A DNA stretch of 58,269 nt. Origin: Paramecium tetraurelia. Its lineage: Eukaryota. The first letter of the stretch is position 1. Each line of letters opens with the position of its first letter. Shown piece after piece: positions 54,585 through 58,269 of the stretch. Where the stretch lies: positions 310,001-368,269 of the forward strand of contig CT868654.1 in NCBI GenBank assembly GCA_000165425.1. The letters run 5' to 3'. The translations under genes and the position numbers were made by a program. The notes beneath the pieces are model-generated. The model made no database searches, had not been told where the DNA came from, and saw only the letters and a list, made by a program, of their open reading frames with translations.

Positions 54585-56687
54585 TCATTATATCTTAGAT
54601 TATAATTCTTTGATTTTATCTCCAAGATTATTACAATCTCCTTGACCTTTCCATTGTCTCTCCCAAATCTTTACTATTTCTCGTTCACTACCTCAGCACT
54701 GATATTAATCAAGAATCTCCATCTGAATATCATTGATACTTTAATACCTTAATTAGTCTGATCATGCATACTAATATGATAATATTGCCTTTACGGTGAC
54801 TTTCATCCAATAGATCTAAACTTTAATGGTATTTGTAATAATTAAACTTATTTAAACAAAACATTGCATAATATTTCATATCAATACTATTTCATTTTAT
54901 TAATTGAAATTCTATTTCTCAAGACACAATTTTCTTAATTATTCAATCTAAATTGGTTACTTAATCCGCTTATTCAATTCAAGGTTTATTATCATTATGA
55001 ATTACTCCATTTACAACTTCAATTTCTGATGAAAAGTTTATAGTCATTCCAATTCTGCTCAATTTATTAGATTGTTATATAATCACCAATTCCATTTGCT
55101 TACTCATAAAATTCTAAATTTCAATTAGACAGCTTAAAACTTTTAGACCATATATTGACAATAATAACCTCTAGCTGTAAATCATATTTATGATCATTAA
55201 TACATGTTTCCGCATAAATGGGATAATAATAACTATTAATTAACTATGTCCCCTATTTCAGAAGCATAGGTATTTTCCTTTTCTTTTTTAAAAACAGATA
55301 TTTTCTCATTATCTTATCTTGTCTTATGGATTCTTGAATATAAAATTCTTAACCTTGAAGTGATAATTTCCAAATTATCCTGATAAATTACTTGTAAGAT
55401 GATTTTAATATTATTTCAACAACAAGCAGAATATTAAAAGCATCTAACAAGAGTATTTAAGAACTTTGGATTTCAAAATTTAGGGTTGAGATTGTATTGA
55501 TATCCCTTACCCTACTAGAGTACTTATTGAATTCTTAAATCTTTGTTAATAATATCAATAAGGTTCTGCTCAAAAGTGAGGCGAAAAAAGAGTTCTAAAT
55601 CAAATAACTCTTTTAATTTAGATTAATTTCTTCAGTTTCTTACTTTTCTATATCTTATGGGCTAAGGTGGTATCAATGTAAATAAACGTTTTTTACTACT
55701 TATTTGCCTTTATATATCTATGCCTCATTTATCGAGTGAGGAGGGAATTTCCAATAAATGTTAATTGAATTGAATGATATCTCTTAAAATACTTTTTGTT
55801 CCATTTTATTCAATTAACATTCTCTAGCGATAGATTAATTAATTTTATTCAATCCTTCTATGAAAACTTCTGACTATCATGTTTGCATTTTTCATTGTAC
55901 TCTTTTTCATTTCAAATAAGGAATTCTAAACACACTTCTAGTATCACACTCAACTCTACTCTCTAAATATTATTGTATTATTTTACCTACAAATTCTCTG
56001 CATCTGCCTTTTTGATTCCTTTGCAATTCCACTATAATGTCTATTTATATGATCCTAGAGATACAAATGTATAGGTTCTGGAATATTACAATCCCCGCAG
56101 TTGCTTATTTAAATAAACAGTCAAGCCTTAAGTAATCTGGCTAGCTTAATCTATCATTGGTTCCCATTTTTCTCAACTTATTTAAAATGCTTTAAATTTT
56201 CAGATAGGCCTGTTTTACCTCAGCTGTTGATAAATAAACCTCCTCTAACAGCCGCTATTGTTATACTTACCGCCCATTTAGCTTTTGATTTATCTTCTAA
56301 ATTTCTTTTAAACATAAATATCAATATGCTATAATAATAATCAAAACCGAAATAAGAAATAATATTATTACTTATTTCCAAATCCTTAAGCTTAATCTAT
56401 ATCTATGTATTTGTAAAGAGTTTTGGATAATTATTAATTAGAATATCCAACTATATGTTTTTTTTGGTTTCTTTAAGGTACTATGCAAAGCAGTAGCTGG
56501 AGAAATATAACACTTTAAATCAAGGCTTTAAAATCTAAACTTTAAATATGTAAACAATATCTAATATTAATAATAGATGATTAAATTGTCATAACTATCC
56601 TCCATAACATTATGTTATTTTCTTAATCAATTTTTTGTTATTTTAGAATCAAATAAATACTTAACTAAATAGATAATAGTTCAACAT
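54585..56687 (-). CDS. Hypothetical protein (5' structure unresolved)
   Basis: Coding-like frames with gta..tag introns, ending WERQWKGQGDCNNLGDKIKELQSKIQ-TGA. Start uncertain. Confidence 0.4.
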
Positions 56688-56736
56688 TTCGAAAAATGTG
56701 AACTTAAATAATTTAATCAAGCAAGAATAAATAATA

Positions 56737-58110
56737 TCACAATCTTATTCTGTTTATATCAAAAAAGGTTCTTTATGATTTTTCATCAAAAACCCTTGTT
56801 TTTAGTGCTACTTTATTTTCGTACAAACTCAAAATTGCAACATCATCCTCATTTAGTATTTGAGCTTCATTCTCATTCTGTGTAATACCACCTTCACATT
56901 CTGATACAAAATTTTTAGGCACTTCTTTTTCATACAGAAAGTCTAAATTTAAACCTACTAGGTGAGATTTTTTTAATTCTTCCCTTGTCATATTAGCCCT
57001 AATTAAAATATAAATTCTAGATATCTCATATATAAGATTCTCAAAAGTAAGCTTTTATTCCATTTTACTTTTTGCTTTTTCATAAAATCTCTTAAATTTA
57101 TCAATATCTATGTTTTCATTTCGAAATTTAACTTTTATAATCTCTCTTCTCCAATTTCTTTTAAACCTTACTTGGTGAAATTATGGATAGTAAAATGCGA
57201 TTAGATCATTGATTATTTTTTCGTTCAAATAGTAATCGTTTAAAAAGAATATCATAAATCTAATCATGAACAATATTGAGACTATTGAACCAATATTAGC
57301 CAGTAAATCTCCTGCAGTTGGATATTCAAATATGGTCTTTATTTGATCTCCTTTCATAGCTATATAAAAAGAAGCATAAGTAACATTACCATAAGCTTGG
57401 TAACAATACTATGCTGAATTGGTTTATGATTGCACTAGTGCTCCATTTATAAATTCATTCTATTTAGACAACCCAAATAAAAGAGAATCTTTGACTTCGT
57501 AAAAATTGCTTTAAAGAAAAATATTAAAGGTATAACAACTTGTTTCTTCAATTTGAATATAAAATTCCTACATACTTGTTTAAACCTAACCATCGTTTGA
57601 GTTCAGTTATTTTCCTTTTATCTGCAAAACCAGATAATTTAGTGGCTAACTGAAAAACTTCTGAATTGTTTCTTCAGAGGCACAATTTTCATCCTTTTCC
57701 AATAAGTCTGGCGTGCATTTAACGATTTATACATACATTTCCGAAGTAGTCATTAAATTGCCATTCACTTTTGAAAAACCCAATTTCATTTTAGGTATTA
57801 AGAAATTATTGCCATAATATGATGTTTAATTGGATAGTCTCAATACTGTAGCATTACCGTATTCAAAATTTTCTGTATAAATCAAGAGTGGTATCAAAAC
57901 CTTCTCCTTAAAAGGATCTATCATTCCTTCTTTGTATCCTTAGTAAGTAATCTTGATAATATCATAATCAAAATCCAATAGCTCAAAGTTCGAAACATAT
58001 ACAAAATTAGTAATTTTAGGGCTATATTAATTAGTTTGCCATTGAAAAAACACCCAAAGAGTATACGCTAGACTTGCTGAAAAAATCATCAATGTCATGA
58101 TTCCTCCAAA
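56737..58110 (-). CDS. Two-TM ciliate membrane protein, N-terminus cut off by the telomere
   Basis: One frame runs from FGGIMTLMIFSASLAYTLWVFFQW (TM1) through CTPDLLEKDENCASEE and EYPTAGDLLANIGSIVSILFMI (TM2) to the TGA at 56737. No ATG lies upstream of TM1. Confidence 0.8.
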
Positions 58111-58211
58111 GGGGTTTGGGTTTGGGGTTGGGGTTGGGGTTTGGGTTTGGGTTTGGGTTTGGGTTTGGGTTTGGGTTTGGGGTTGGGTTTGGGGTTGGGT
58201 TTGGGGTTGGG
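58111..58211 (+). repeat. Macronuclear telomere, mixed GGGTTT/GGGGTT repeats
   Basis: About 100 nt of interspersed G3T3 and G4T2 units with the G-strand running toward the window end, the known Paramecium pattern. Confidence 0.97.
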
Positions 58212-58269
58212 TAAACGGAACCGCATTTTATCACGTTATATCTGCCCGAGCTAGCATGACACGACCTGC

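Noticed and set aside
58031..58234. ORF with PNPNPN repeats
   Set aside because: It is a translation of the telomere C-strand. The real gene frame next to it is different.
58212..58269. 58 nt of roughly 50% GC sequence distal to the telomere
   Set aside because: Most likely linker, vector or low-quality read tail. It is too short to support an internal-telomere claim.

Overview
This is eukaryotic, AT-rich ciliate macronuclear DNA, almost certainly Paramecium. TAA/TAG read as Gln inside conserved motifs, only TGA stops, introns are GT-AG and about 20-32 nt, intergenic spacers are tiny, and the right end carries mixed G3T3/G4T2 telomeric repeats. The supplied ORF track uses the wrong genetic code, so all genes were retranslated by eye with code 6. 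Ordinary genes include two MORN proteins, an H-type lectin, an SCP/FCP1 phosphatase, a FAN/NSMAF BEACH-WD40 protein, a cyclic-nucleotide PDE, SF3A2, two SK-like K+ channel paralogs, a CAMK-type kinase, a cNMP-binding protein and several coiled-coil proteins. The most unusual content is a head-to-head pair at 46.5-49.9 kb: an intact AIG1/GIMAP-like GTPase with an RBR-Rcat-like Cys motif, and a homologous double pseudo-GTPase. A collapsed inverted copy of this pair lies in a fast-evolving island at 22.6-30.7 kb. That island also holds two more GTPase genes, a bacterial-type DUF1598-like gene and a GH108 lysozyme-like pseudogene, which suggests an undescribed antibacterial or immunity-like module. 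The telomere is added inside a coding sequence. All family assignments are motif recognition by eye, not database results.
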